A stretch of DNA of 64,000 nucleotides from an uncultured candidate division Zixibacteria bacterium (GTDB lineage: Bacteria; Zixibacteria; MSB-5A5; RBG-16-43-9). Position numbers and translations under genes: made by a program. The notes under the pieces were generated by a model. The model was not told the origin of the DNA, searched no databases, and worked only from the letters and a program-made list of their open reading frames with translations. Positions 32,576 to 42,512 of the stretch are shown one piece after another. How positions within the stretch are numbered: the first letter of the stretch is position 1; each line of letters begins with the position of its first letter. The stretch is taken from NCBI GenBank assembly GCA_963713865.1, contig OY970208.1, positions 1,120,001 through 1,184,000 on the forward strand, given 5' to 3'.

Positions 32576-33178
32576 ATGATAAGAAGATATTTATGGATTA
32601 CATTAATGGCGGGATTAATACTCTTCAGCTGTAAAAATCCTTTTAAAATTAGGTCTTCTCCTGCACCTTCAGGTCCGAGGGGAACTTTTAATCCTCCCAC
32701 TGCACCGGAGATTGTCCTCCAGAACCTGTATTATGCTTATACTGAGAAGATCATCGACAACTACCTTTCCTGCTTTTCCGATTCTTTTATCTTCTCTGCG
32801 CCTGAGGATTCCTTAGAGGCAATATCCCAGAACCGGCCTGATCTTTTCTGGAACTGGAATTTATCAGTGGAAAGGAATGTTACCAATGCGCTTTTCAATC
32901 TCTATACTTCAGGCTCGAAGAGGTCGGTTATCCTTCTGAGCAAAAACCCTGATCAGGCGGATATATCAGGTGATTCCAGTGCTGTACTTTACCGGAATTA
33001 TACCATTTATTTATACGATTTTAGCCTGAACGAACCTTTGATCGGAACGGCTCAGGGAAACTCCACTTTCTATTTAAGGGAGTCTTCGTACGATTTCTGG
33101 AATATATATTTCTGGGAAGACCGTCCCCTTTTAACTGGAGGATTTGACTGGGCGGATTTAAAAGCTCAATTTAGGTAA
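32576..33178 (+). CDS. Lipoprotein of unknown function, paralog of the next gene
   Basis: Lipobox LFSC followed by KNPF; PEIVLQNLYYAY; WNIYFWED. Confidence 0.7.
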   Translation: MIRRYLWITLMAGLILFSCKNPFKIRSSPAPSGPRGTFNPPTAPEIVLQNLYYAYTEKIIDNYLSCFSDSFIFSAPEDSLEAISQNRPDLFWNWNLSVERNVTNALFNLYTSGSKRSVILLSKNPDQADISGDSSAVLYRNYTIYLYDFSLNEPLIGTAQGNSTFYLRESSYDFWNIYFWEDRPLLTGGFDWADLKAQFR

Positions 33179-33184
33179 TGGAAG

Positions 33185-33736
33185 ATGGTAAAAAAGTCTT
33201 TTTTATTGATTATCTTAATTTTATTTTCAGGATTAGCCTGTTATAACCCGTTCTCACCTCCGGTGGTTGGTCCGGGATTTATGGTACCGATTGCCCTGCA
33301 GACTGACCCGGACAGCGTTTTACAGAATTTTAAATATGCTTATGAGTACAGGGATATTATCACTTATGAAAACTGTCTGGACAAGCAATTTGTTTTCTAC
33401 TACATTGATCAGGATAACCAGACTGGGGAGATAAGAGAGTGGCCTGTTTCACGGGACGATGATATTGACAGGACAAAGGGGGTTTTCAAGGTTTTCGATG
33501 ATATCCGCTTTGAGACCTGGGAGGTTTTTCCTCTTCCCTCAGAATACGATTCTTCATTTCAGGAGGAAAGGAAAGTAAGGCAGGTAAATTTCCATCTGGT
33601 TCTGAGAGATATCGACGGGGACTTTAATTACGAACACCTGGAAGCAACCGGATTTGCACTGTTTAAATTCAGAAGGTCCGAGGATGGTTACTGGCGGATA
33701 GTTTACTGGAAGGATAATTCCATTCAAGGTTTTTAG
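33185..33736 (+). CDS. Lipoprotein of unknown function (NTF2/SnoaL-like pattern)
   Basis: Lipobox GLAC followed by YNPF; PDSVLQNFKYAY; WRIVYWKD. Confidence 0.7.
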   Translation: MVKKSFLLIILILFSGLACYNPFSPPVVGPGFMVPIALQTDPDSVLQNFKYAYEYRDIITYENCLDKQFVFYYIDQDNQTGEIREWPVSRDDDIDRTKGVFKVFDDIRFETWEVFPLPSEYDSSFQEERKVRQVNFHLVLRDIDGDFNYEHLEATGFALFKFRRSEDGYWRIVYWKDNSIQGF

Positions 33737-33784
33737 AGTTTAAAGTCCGTCTAAGTAGGATATTATATATAGAGAGGAGAGTTT

Positions 33785-34504
33785 ATGATTAAATTGAGCG
33801 TTAATATCGATCACGTGGCTACCTTAAGGGAGGCAAGAAAATCTTTTGAACCGGACCCAGTTGCGGCGGCAATAATGGCAGAATTAGCCGGAGCAGATGG
33901 GATCACGATTCATTTGAGGCAGGATCGCCGTCATATAAAAGACAGGGATTTAAAAATTTTGAGAGAAGTTGTGAAAACCAGCTTGAATTTAGAGATGGCA
34001 TCTGTTCAGGAGATGTTGGAAAAAGCTTTAGAGATCAAACCGGATATGGCAACTTTAGTGCCTGAGAAGGAAGGGGAGATAACCACAGAAGGGGGATTAA
34101 ATGTGCAGGATAACTTCGATAACTTATCCCAGATTATACCCCGGCTACAGATTAACGGGATTTTAGTCAGCCTTTTCGTTAATCCGGAGATAGAGTCGAT
34201 AAAAGCTGCTGCCAAGCTTAAAACCGATTTTGTGGAGATAAATACGGCTAAATATTCAGATGCTAAGAACTTAGGCGAGAAGATTGAGGAGCTGGAAAAA
34301 ATAGAGAGTATGGTGGAGTTAGCCTACAGGCTGAATTTAGGGATCAATGCCGGGCATGGATTGAATTACAAAAATATCGTGGATATAGTAAAGATAAAAC
34401 ATATAGACGAGTTCTCCATTGGGCATTCGATTGTAGCCCGGGCAGTCTTAGTTGGTTTTGAAAGAGCGGTGAAGGAGATGTTAGAGCTGGTTAAAGAAGG
34501 TTAA
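33785..34504 (+). CDS. pdxJ: Pyridoxine 5'-phosphate synthase
   Basis: LSVNIDHVATLREAR, ITIHLRQDRRHI, TTEGG, NAGHGL, IGHSIVARA. Confidence 0.96.
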   Translation: MIKLSVNIDHVATLREARKSFEPDPVAAAIMAELAGADGITIHLRQDRRHIKDRDLKILREVVKTSLNLEMASVQEMLEKALEIKPDMATLVPEKEGEITTEGGLNVQDNFDNLSQIIPRLQINGILVSLFVNPEIESIKAAAKLKTDFVEINTAKYSDAKNLGEKIEELEKIESMVELAYRLNLGINAGHGLNYKNIVDIVKIKHIDEFSIGHSIVARAVLVGFERAVKEMLELVKEG

Positions 34505-34655
34505 TAAATTTGTAGGGACGTTCAATTGAACGCTCTTACCTACTACACCTTCGTACGGAAATTGGAATTCCCGTCCGGGAATGATGAGTATATGCAGATC
34601 TATTCGGATATAAGCATGTTATATACCATTTCCTTAAAGCAAAGGAGATAAGAAT

Positions 34656-35018
34656 ATGACTCAGATCTTACTTTATTTATTCCTGGGCTTAATAGCCGGG
34701 ATTATTAGTGGACTTATTGGTATTGGTGGAGGGGTAATCATTGTCCCGGCATTAATCTTTATGTTTGGTTTGTCCCAGCATCAGGCACAAGGAACTACAT
34801 TGGCATTATTAGTTCCTCCAATTGGTTTGCTTGCTGCATGGACATATTATAAGCAAGGGTACGTAGACTTGAGAATAGCACTTTTTGTTTGTTTGGGTTT
34901 CTTCTTGGGTGGATTATTTGGTGCCAAGATAGCAACCTCATTATCAAGCGAAGTTTTAGAAAAGGTATTCGGGATAGCGTTACTGTTGATTGCATTGAAG
35001 ATGATATTCATTAAATGA
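34656..35018 (+). CDS. Half-size TauE/SafE (TSUP) family exporter
   Basis: GLIGIGGGVIIVPAL, AQGTTLA; 120 aa, hydrophobic. Confidence 0.85.
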   Translation: MTQILLYLFLGLIAGIISGLIGIGGGVIIVPALIFMFGLSQHQAQGTTLALLVPPIGLLAAWTYYKQGYVDLRIALFVCLGFFLGGLFGAKIATSLSSEVLEKVFGIALLLIALKMIFIK

Positions 35019-35090
35019 GAAAACAACGTGTAAAAGCATGTTCTTTTCTGTTCTGTCAGGAGCTACTCCTAACAGTTAATAAAATATGAG

Positions 35091-35567
35091 ATGACTGATT
35101 CTGAAGGCGCAAGGCTGGCGAGATTTTCTGAAGCAGTAAGGGAATCCAGTTTAAAGCGATTACGTTTAGTTCCAGAAAGAACTGAGAACTGGCGTCCTGC
35201 ACCTAAGGCTATGAGCTTTGCTGATATTTCTCAGCATCTGATCAATGCAGATAATTGGTTATTCAAGATGTTAGACCTGAAGAACTTGAAACCTATAGCA
35301 GGTAAGCCTGGCCTGGTGGAAGTAATCCATCGCAGCCAATATCTTAAACTGCTTGACCAACTAAGGCAAACAGGGGTTCATCGTAGTCAATTACTTGAGA
35401 GCATCACCTCTGATCAACTTTCAGAGATGATTTTTGATCACCGTTATGGAAAAGAGGTCAGCGTTTGGTGGATCATCGTTCGTGGTAATTTAGATCACGA
35501 AATACATCACAGGGGACAGATAGCGACATATTTAAGGATTCTCGACAGGTCAAACATTTCTTTTTAA
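35091..35567 (+). CDS. DinB family protein
   Basis: WRPAPKAMS...H; HEIHHRGQIATYLR. Confidence 0.85.
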   Translation: MTDSEGARLARFSEAVRESSLKRLRLVPERTENWRPAPKAMSFADISQHLINADNWLFKMLDLKNLKPIAGKPGLVEVIHRSQYLKLLDQLRQTGVHRSQLLESITSDQLSEMIFDHRYGKEVSVWWIIVRGNLDHEIHHRGQIATYLRILDRSNISF

Positions 35568-35648
35568 TACAATGAACAGGCAGGATGCCTGTTCTACCGC
35601 TGTTTAAAGAGATTGTCGGCATATTTAATAATTTACCAGGAGGTAAAG

Positions 35649-37235
35649 ATGCATAGTAGATATATAATCGTTTTTATCTTGCTCACAATACTTTTGTCAA
35701 GTTTAAGCAATGCTGGAGTAGAAAAACTTTCTTATCCGAAAGAGGTGACTGCGGTTCTTGATTCTTCGGGTGCTAATCACACTGATCTGGAAAAGATCCT
35801 GTCGCATTATTCAAATGCCAAAGATTCACTTAAACTGAAAGCTGCATATTTTTTGATTTCTAATATGGAAGGGCACAGCTATATGAAGTATGCTCTCAAA
35901 GATTCTACCGAAAAGGAGATTGATTTTAATCCTCTTGATTATCCTGATTACAATACTCTGGAATCTGCATTTGACACTTTAAAATCCAGATACGGTGAGC
36001 TTGATTTCAAAAAGAAAGAAGAAATTTTCGACCTGGATACCATCACCGCTGATTTTTTGATTAACCAGATCGATTATGCTTTCAGAGCCTGGGGTGAAAA
36101 GCCCTGGGCAAAGAACCTTTCCTTTGAAAATTTTCGCGAGTATGTGCTCCCTTATCGCGGGAGCAATGAACCTTTGGAGAACTGGCGTGAAGTATTCTGG
36201 GAAAAGTACAATGATATTAAAAATAAAATGACAGAACCTTCTAATCCGGTTGAAGCGGCCAGATTGATCAATGATGATGTCAAGTCCTGGTTTTCGTTCG
36301 ACCCGCGTTTTTATTATCATCCAACTGACCAGGGATTGTCCGAGATGCTTAAGAATAAACTGGGGAGATGCGAAGATATGACCAACCTGACGATCTATGC
36401 TATGAGAGCTAATGGACTGGCAGTTACCAGTGACTATACACCAGTTTGGGCAGATTTCGGGAATAACCATGCCTGGAATGCCATTGTCACCCCGGACGGC
36501 AGGGTGATACCATTTATGGGGGCTGAAGCCAATCCGGGTGAATATCGTCTTGCCCATAAGCCGGCTAAGGTTTATCGCAAGATGTTTGGCAAACAGGAAG
36601 AGAATCTTATCTTTCAAAAAAGGAAACAGGAGAAGATACCCGGCTGGCTTGCAGGTAAAAATTACTTAGATGTTACCGCAGAGTATGAAGATGTTTGTAA
36701 TATAACCATACCGTTCAAACGAGAAATTCCCGATTCAGTTGATGTCGCCTATCTCTGTGTTTTCAATGACGGTGAATGGAAACCGATTCACTGGGGCTGG
36801 ATCAAAAACGGCGAGGTGGTATTCACCGATATGGGCAGAGAGATTGCATATCTTCCAGCACTTTACCTCGACGAAAAAGTAGTCCCTTTTGGGACACCTT
36901 TTATTCTTCAAAAAGACTGCACAATCCGGGAGCTAGAACCTGAACCCCTGAAAACAATATCAGTTAAACTGTTTGCTGTAGCTCAGCCAAAACAGGAAAT
37001 TTCAACTGGGGGGATTGAAAAAACTTTTCTTACTCCTGGGAAGGCGTATGAACTATATTTCTGGAAAGATGAATGGAAACTTTTAGGAAGTTCAGTTGCC
37101 AGCGAGAAACCCCTTGTTTCCGAAAAAGTTCCTGCAGGTTCTCTTTACTGGCTGGTTCCCGAAGGTTCTGATAAAGAAGAGGAGAGGATTTTTACAATCG
37201 AAGATGGGAAGCAGGTTCTGGTGGTGATTTTGTAG
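35649..37235 (+). CDS. Secreted transglutaminase-like domain protein; true stop probably 37227 (GKQVWW*)
   Basis: Signal peptide; EYVLPYR, GRCED, NHAWN. Removing one T at 37215-37221 gives the C-terminus ERIFTIEDGKQVWW*. Confidence 0.78.
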   Translation: MHSRYIIVFILLTILLSSLSNAGVEKLSYPKEVTAVLDSSGANHTDLEKILSHYSNAKDSLKLKAAYFLISNMEGHSYMKYALKDSTEKEIDFNPLDYPDYNTLESAFDTLKSRYGELDFKKKEEIFDLDTITADFLINQIDYAFRAWGEKPWAKNLSFENFREYVLPYRGSNEPLENWREVFWEKYNDIKNKMTEPSNPVEAARLINDDVKSWFSFDPRFYYHPTDQGLSEMLKNKLGRCEDMTNLTIYAMRANGLAVTSDYTPVWADFGNNHAWNAIVTPDGRVIPFMGAEANPGEYRLAHKPAKVYRKMFGKQEENLIFQKRKQEKIPGWLAGKNYLDVTAEYEDVCNITIPFKREIPDSVDVAYLCVFNDGEWKPIHWGWIKNGEVVFTDMGREIAYLPALYLDEKVVPFGTPFILQKDCTIRELEPEPLKTISVKLFAVAQPKQEISTGGIEKTFLTPGKAYELYFWKDEWKLLGSSVASEKPLVSEKVPAGSLYWLVPEGSDKEEERIFTIEDGKQVLVVIL

Positions 37236-37354
37236 GTTGGGTAGCTACCCAACCTACAGTTGTTATATTTGTAGTGCGACCCTTTTAGGATCGCCCAAGC
37301 GAGGCTGAAAGCCTCGCACTACGAAATGCATCATCACGGATGATGCACTCTCCA
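37232..37354. repeat. GTAG-type REP-like hairpin cluster between convergent genes
   Basis: GTAGGTTGGGTAGCTACCCAACCTAC (perfect palindrome); GTAGTGCGA...GCGAGGCTGAAAGCCTCGCACTAC; TGCATCATCacgGATGATGCA. Confidence 0.8.
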
Positions 37355-37362
37355 TAGAATAA

Positions 37363-39975
37363 TTAATCTTTTTTGCCCACCACGGCTAAAACATAATTTT
37401 TAGTATCCAGATATTTTTGTGCGACTTCTTGAACCTTCTCTATGGTTACAGCTCTTATTTTCTCAAGATAGTTTTCATCATAATCATAACCCAGACCCAA
37501 GAATTCATTTACTCCCATATAATAAGCCTGATTTATCCGTGAAAGCCGGTAAAAAAGTAAATTTCCCCATAAGGAATTTTTTGCTCTTTCCAGCTCTTTT
37601 TCCGTAACGGGATTTTCTTTTAACTGATTTATCTCATTTAAGATTCCATCCAGAGCATCCTTGTAATTTTTTGGTTTGGTTCCGATTGAGGCTATAAACC
37701 AGCCAAAGTCTTTATCGAAATTTACTGAAGAACCAATTGAATATGCCAGCCCTTTTTTTTCTCTCAAATTCAATCCCAATCTGGTAGATAAGATAGAGTT
37801 TGCTACCTCCAAAGCTGGTGCATCAGGATTGTTTAATCCTGGCAGGAGGTTCCCCAAGTAAATATATACCTGCTCCTTCTTCATCTCTTTTTTAACTTCT
37901 ACGGGCGAGGTTATCATTTTGGGTTGAGGGATAGAAGGTGAGCTGAAATCTTCTGGAGGTAAATCTCCGAAATTGCTTTTTATTAAAGTTAAAACTTTAT
38001 CTGGTGGGAGGCTGGTAACTACAGTTAAAATCATATTTTTGGGTGAATAGAATTTCTTATGAAACTCTACCAAATCGTTTTGAGTTATGGAATTGATGGT
38101 GTTCTCATCTCCCAGGATAGTTTTACCATAAGGATGATCCTTGAAAATCTCTGAATAGAAAAGGTTTTTGCAGGTCTGGGAGGTTGACTCGTTCTCCCTT
38201 TTGACAATGCTCAACATCTCCTTTCTGGTTTTCTCAACTTCTTCAGTCGGGAATCTGGAATTTTTCACCAGATCGGATAAAAGCTCAACCCCCTGCAGAG
38301 CGAATTCATCCAGGGTCTCGAAGCGGATGAAAGAGTATAGCCGGGAAGTATAAATATCATCATAGGGAATATTAGGGTCATCTGTTAATTTCAGTTCAGC
38401 ACCGATGGAAGCAAGCTCCTGCGTGATCTGTTCAGGATTTCTCCTGGAAGTTCCTTTGACTAACATCCGGTTGATGAAATCGACTATCCCGGTCTTGTCT
38501 TCAGGCTCTGATAAAGAGCGGTTTTTCCCCAGTATATTTAAAGCAAAGACCTTCGAATCAGGGTTGGAGCGGATTATAACCTCTAAGCCATTGGGTAAGA
38601 TTTCTTTTAAATATTTTGATTTGGGTGAGGAAGTTTCAGGATCCTTTTTCTTTTCCTCCTTCGGTGTTATAACTGTACCTTTGTATACTGGATTGGAGAA
38701 GTATCTTTTAGCTGCAGTTTGAATTTTTCCAGGAGTGACTTTTTCCAGATTCGGGATATAGGATTCCAAAAATTCATATCCACAATTGACTAAAACTGGA
38801 GCTATCATCATCCCGTAAATGTAGAGCTTCTCCTCCTGATAATATTGATTGGCTTTGGTGGAGACGATTATATTTTTAAGGGTGGTTGGATCCAGTTTCG
38901 TTCTGGTTAAGCCTTTTAGGGTTTCGGTCGTTGTTGCAATTATCTTTTCCACTTTTTGTGGGGAGTCGGTTATTATGGAAAAATTCAAAGCTGAAAACTC
39001 TTTCTGGGTTTCTAAGGATACGGATAAATCGGTTATCAGAGGTTCTTTATCTTCGGGCAAAGCTTTGTAAAGCGGAGAGGTTGGCCCTGAACTTAAAACC
39101 TGAGTTAAAAGGTCAAAAGCGAAATAGTCCGGATCAGAAAAATGAGGGACTTTAAAGGAAAGGTTAACATAGCAGTTTTTAGTTTCTGCTTCTTTATATT
39201 TGATTATGCTCTTTTCAGGTGGATTAAGGATTATCTTTTCTGTAGCGGGTAGAGGTTGAACCGGGATGTTGCCGAAATATTTTTCAACTAAAGCAAGCAT
39301 CTTCTCGGTCTCGAAATCGCCTATCATAAGGGCTATCATATTGTTCGGCTTGTAATAGGTTTGGTAATACCGGATTATCTCGTCCCTGGGGATGGTGGCG
39401 ATGATATTCTCATAACCGATTACCGGACGGGCATAGGGAGTACCAGCATAAACCTGGGAGTCAAAGAATTTTTCCACCTGGTAGTCGATATTATCCTCGT
39501 CCTTTTTTATCTCCTCAATTACGATATTTCTTTCTTTGGCGAGCTCGGAATCCGGAAAGATGGAATTGAAGAGCATATCTGACTGGATATCCAGACCATC
39601 TTCGATAAAATCCTTGGGTAGTATCACCAGATAACAAGTTAGCTCTTTACGGGTGAAAGCATTGAAAAAAGAGGAGCCTTTGCTTTTCATCCCTTCGGAT
39701 ATTTCCTCTCTGGTTCTTCTCTTGGTTCCGTCAAAAAGAAGATGCTCTAAAAGATGGGTTACCCCGTTATTGTAATCGGTCTCATATTTGCTGCCAGCAT
39801 TAACATAAATCATCGAGGTAATAACCGGGTTGGCATGTTTTTCTTTGAGGATGACTTTCATTCCATTGGATAAGGTGAATATAGAGGCTTCTTTTTCTTC
39901 TAATTCCTGAGAGAACAGTCCTTGAACAGAAAATAGCGTTAAAACCAACGCTATGACAACAATCCTATTAAACAT
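37363..39975 (-). CDS. Secreted M16 (pitrilysin/PqqL-like) zinc peptidase
   Basis: Signal peptide, HLLEH (HXXEH), NAFT, second half with LREKKGLAY. Confidence 0.9.
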   Translation of the reverse strand: MFNRIVVIALVLTLFSVQGLFSQELEEKEASIFTLSNGMKVILKEKHANPVITSMIYVNAGSKYETDYNNGVTHLLEHLLFDGTKRRTREEISEGMKSKGSSFFNAFTRKELTCYLVILPKDFIEDGLDIQSDMLFNSIFPDSELAKERNIVIEEIKKDEDNIDYQVEKFFDSQVYAGTPYARPVIGYENIIATIPRDEIIRYYQTYYKPNNMIALMIGDFETEKMLALVEKYFGNIPVQPLPATEKIILNPPEKSIIKYKEAETKNCYVNLSFKVPHFSDPDYFAFDLLTQVLSSGPTSPLYKALPEDKEPLITDLSVSLETQKEFSALNFSIITDSPQKVEKIIATTTETLKGLTRTKLDPTTLKNIIVSTKANQYYQEEKLYIYGMMIAPVLVNCGYEFLESYIPNLEKVTPGKIQTAAKRYFSNPVYKGTVITPKEEKKKDPETSSPKSKYLKEILPNGLEVIIRSNPDSKVFALNILGKNRSLSEPEDKTGIVDFINRMLVKGTSRRNPEQITQELASIGAELKLTDDPNIPYDDIYTSRLYSFIRFETLDEFALQGVELLSDLVKNSRFPTEEVEKTRKEMLSIVKRENESTSQTCKNLFYSEIFKDHPYGKTILGDENTINSITQNDLVEFHKKFYSPKNMILTVVTSLPPDKVLTLIKSNFGDLPPEDFSSPSIPQPKMITSPVEVKKEMKKEQVYIYLGNLLPGLNNPDAPALEVANSILSTRLGLNLREKKGLAYSIGSSVNFDKDFGWFIASIGTKPKNYKDALDGILNEINQLKENPVTEKELERAKNSLWGNLLFYRLSRINQAYYMGVNEFLGLGYDYDENYLEKIRAVTIEKVQEVAQKYLDTKNYVLAVVGKKD

Positions 39976-40164
39976 AAAAATCCTCCTTTAAAACGTTTAG
40001 AAGAATTACGTTGAACAAACAAAAATTGTCAAGAAGTTTTATAGTTTTTTGCTGTAAGGACAGAATCCAATTGAGACGGATTCTGTCCCTACATATCAAA
40101 AAAATAACCTTGTTTATCCCCTTTGAAGTCATTATTATTTAACTTGAATTGAGATGGAGGAGTT

Positions 40165-42327
40165 ATGTTCAAAAAAATCTTTTTTACTTTTTTGTTTCTA
40201 TCTTTTTTGTCTTTAAACTCTTTTGCGGATGAGGGGATGTGGCTCTTAGATTCGATTGATAAGCTGCCGATCGATAGTCTAAAAGCTCGAGGATTAAAGT
40301 TGAGTCCAGTTGAAATCTATAATCCAGAAGGGGGCGGGATTTCAGATGCGGTGGTTCAGATCGGCGCAACCTCTTCTTTTGTATCTCCGGAAGGGTTGAT
40401 TATCACCAATCACCACGTTGCTTTTGGAGCTATCCAGAGACAGAGCACACCGGAGCATAATTATGTTAGAGATGGTTTTTATGCAAAGACCAGAGAAGAG
40501 GAGATACCGGCTATCGGGACAAATGTCTATATCACCAAATCCTTTCAGGATGTAACGGATAGAGTTTTAAAAGTGGTAAATGAAAAGATGAGCGATTTAG
40601 AAAGGTATAAGGCGATTGAAAAGATTACAAAAATAATCATAAAAGAATGCGAAAAAGGTGAAGAGATAAAATGCAGGCTCGCAAGTACGTATGAGGGGAA
40701 AGAGTATTATCTGTTTACTTCTTTCAAAATCCGGGATGTAAGACTGGTATTTGCCCCGCCTCGCTCCATCGGGGATTACGGCGGAGAAATAGATAACTGG
40801 ATGTGGCCCAGGCATGCGGGCGATTTCTCTATTTTACGTGCTTATGTTGCTCCAGATGGAAAGTCGGCTGAATATTCCAAAGAGAATGTCCCATATAATT
40901 CAAAAACTTATCTAAAAATTTCCTCTGCAGGAGTAAAAGAGGGGGATTTTGTTATGCTTATTGGTTTTCCGGGTACGACCAGGAGGTATGAAAGCTCTTT
41001 TTTTATCGATAATATGGTGAATCATGATTATCCTCAGGATATTAAAACCCGACTGGATTTGATTTCGATTTTAGAGAAATCATCAGCAGAAGACTCTTCT
41101 GTTGCCCTAAGGTTATCCTCCAGGATTAAAGGTTTATATAATTATCTGAAAAAGAATCAGGGGATGTTAGACGGGTTCAAAAAGTTTGGTCTTTTATCAA
41201 AAAAGATGGAAGAAGAGAAATTACTGACTGAGTTTTTAAATAAAAATCCAGAGCTTGAGACAAAATACGGGCAGGTACTTTCGGAACTGGATAGTCTATA
41301 TCAGGAACATAAAAAATTTCAGGATAAGGAGTTTCTTATGGACTGGATGACCTCTTATACTGATTTTCTCGATTTCGCCTCTACCATCTATAAATGGAGT
41401 TTAGAAAAAGAGAAAAAAGATTTCGATAGAGAACCGGGGTATCAAAACCGTGATACCTCAGAAATAAAAGAATCGTTAAAAGAAGCCCAGATCAATTTGG
41501 TCCCTTCTACCGATAAAAAAGTTTTAACCTACTTCTTGAAAAAGGCACTTGAACTCCCAACTGGTCAGAAGATTCTGGCAATAGAGAAAATTTTTACGGG
41601 GAAGGAAAAACAGGACAAAGAGAAAATAATAGAAAATTTCGTTTCTTATCTATATCAGAACACAAAGCTCGGTTCAATTGAAGATCGATTAAAGATGTTA
41701 AGTATGAGCAGAAAGGAATTAGAGAAGCAAGGTGATTGGTATATCGATTTTGCCAGGGATTTAGAAGTAGAAAGAGAGGAGATAAGGATAAGAAACAAGG
41801 AGTTCTCTGGTGCTCTAAAAAGATTACAGCCCAAACTGATTCAGGCTTATGCTGAGTGGAAAAAAAGGAAGTTATACCCGGATGCTAACGGCACTATCCG
41901 TTTTAACTACGGCGAGGTTAAAGGGTATAGTCCAGAAGATGCAGTTGATTATAAATATATAACCACGCTCTCCGGGGTTATGGAGAAAAATACCAGTGAG
42001 GAGCCTTTTGATGCTCCAAAAGAGCTTCAGGATGTCTATAATAAAAAAGATTTTGGCTCATATTTTAATAAAACGCTTGGAGATGTCCCAATAGATTTCC
42101 TTTCTACCAACGATATCACCAATGGAAATTCCGGCAGTCCGGTGATGAATGGCAAGGGGGAATTGGTTGGCTTGGCTTTTGACGGGAATTACGAAGCGAT
42201 GACCTCAGATTACGAGTTCGACCCTAAGATAACCCGTGCAATTAATGTAGATATCCGCTATGTTCTTTTTCTTTTGGATAAAGTGTATCATGCAGAGGGG
42301 TTGCTGAAAGAGCTTACCATTCGGTAA
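40165..42327 (+). CDS. S46 family dipeptidyl peptidase
   Basis: ADEGMW, TNHHV, DNWMWPRH, YPDANGT, DITNGNSGSP, FDGNYE. Confidence 0.93.
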   Translation: MFKKIFFTFLFLSFLSLNSFADEGMWLLDSIDKLPIDSLKARGLKLSPVEIYNPEGGGISDAVVQIGATSSFVSPEGLIITNHHVAFGAIQRQSTPEHNYVRDGFYAKTREEEIPAIGTNVYITKSFQDVTDRVLKVVNEKMSDLERYKAIEKITKIIIKECEKGEEIKCRLASTYEGKEYYLFTSFKIRDVRLVFAPPRSIGDYGGEIDNWMWPRHAGDFSILRAYVAPDGKSAEYSKENVPYNSKTYLKISSAGVKEGDFVMLIGFPGTTRRYESSFFIDNMVNHDYPQDIKTRLDLISILEKSSAEDSSVALRLSSRIKGLYNYLKKNQGMLDGFKKFGLLSKKMEEEKLLTEFLNKNPELETKYGQVLSELDSLYQEHKKFQDKEFLMDWMTSYTDFLDFASTIYKWSLEKEKKDFDREPGYQNRDTSEIKESLKEAQINLVPSTDKKVLTYFLKKALELPTGQKILAIEKIFTGKEKQDKEKIIENFVSYLYQNTKLGSIEDRLKMLSMSRKELEKQGDWYIDFARDLEVEREEIRIRNKEFSGALKRLQPKLIQAYAEWKKRKLYPDANGTIRFNYGEVKGYSPEDAVDYKYITTLSGVMEKNTSEEPFDAPKELQDVYNKKDFGSYFNKTLGDVPIDFLSTNDITNGNSGSPVMNGKGELVGLAFDGNYEAMTSDYEFDPKITRAINVDIRYVLFLLDKVYHAEGLLKELTIR

Positions 42328-42512
42328 TATGGAGCGAATCCCGTCATAGACGGAAATCACTCCAAAATCTGCATACCCACGTTGCCCACAGCGTGGGTTA
42401 TTATTAGCAGGGGCACGTTGTCCCGCCAAAGGCGGGATGCCCCTGACACACCTTTAGTATTGATAAATTCTTCCGATAAAATATAAGTAACCAATTATTG
42501 AGGAGTTATTTT

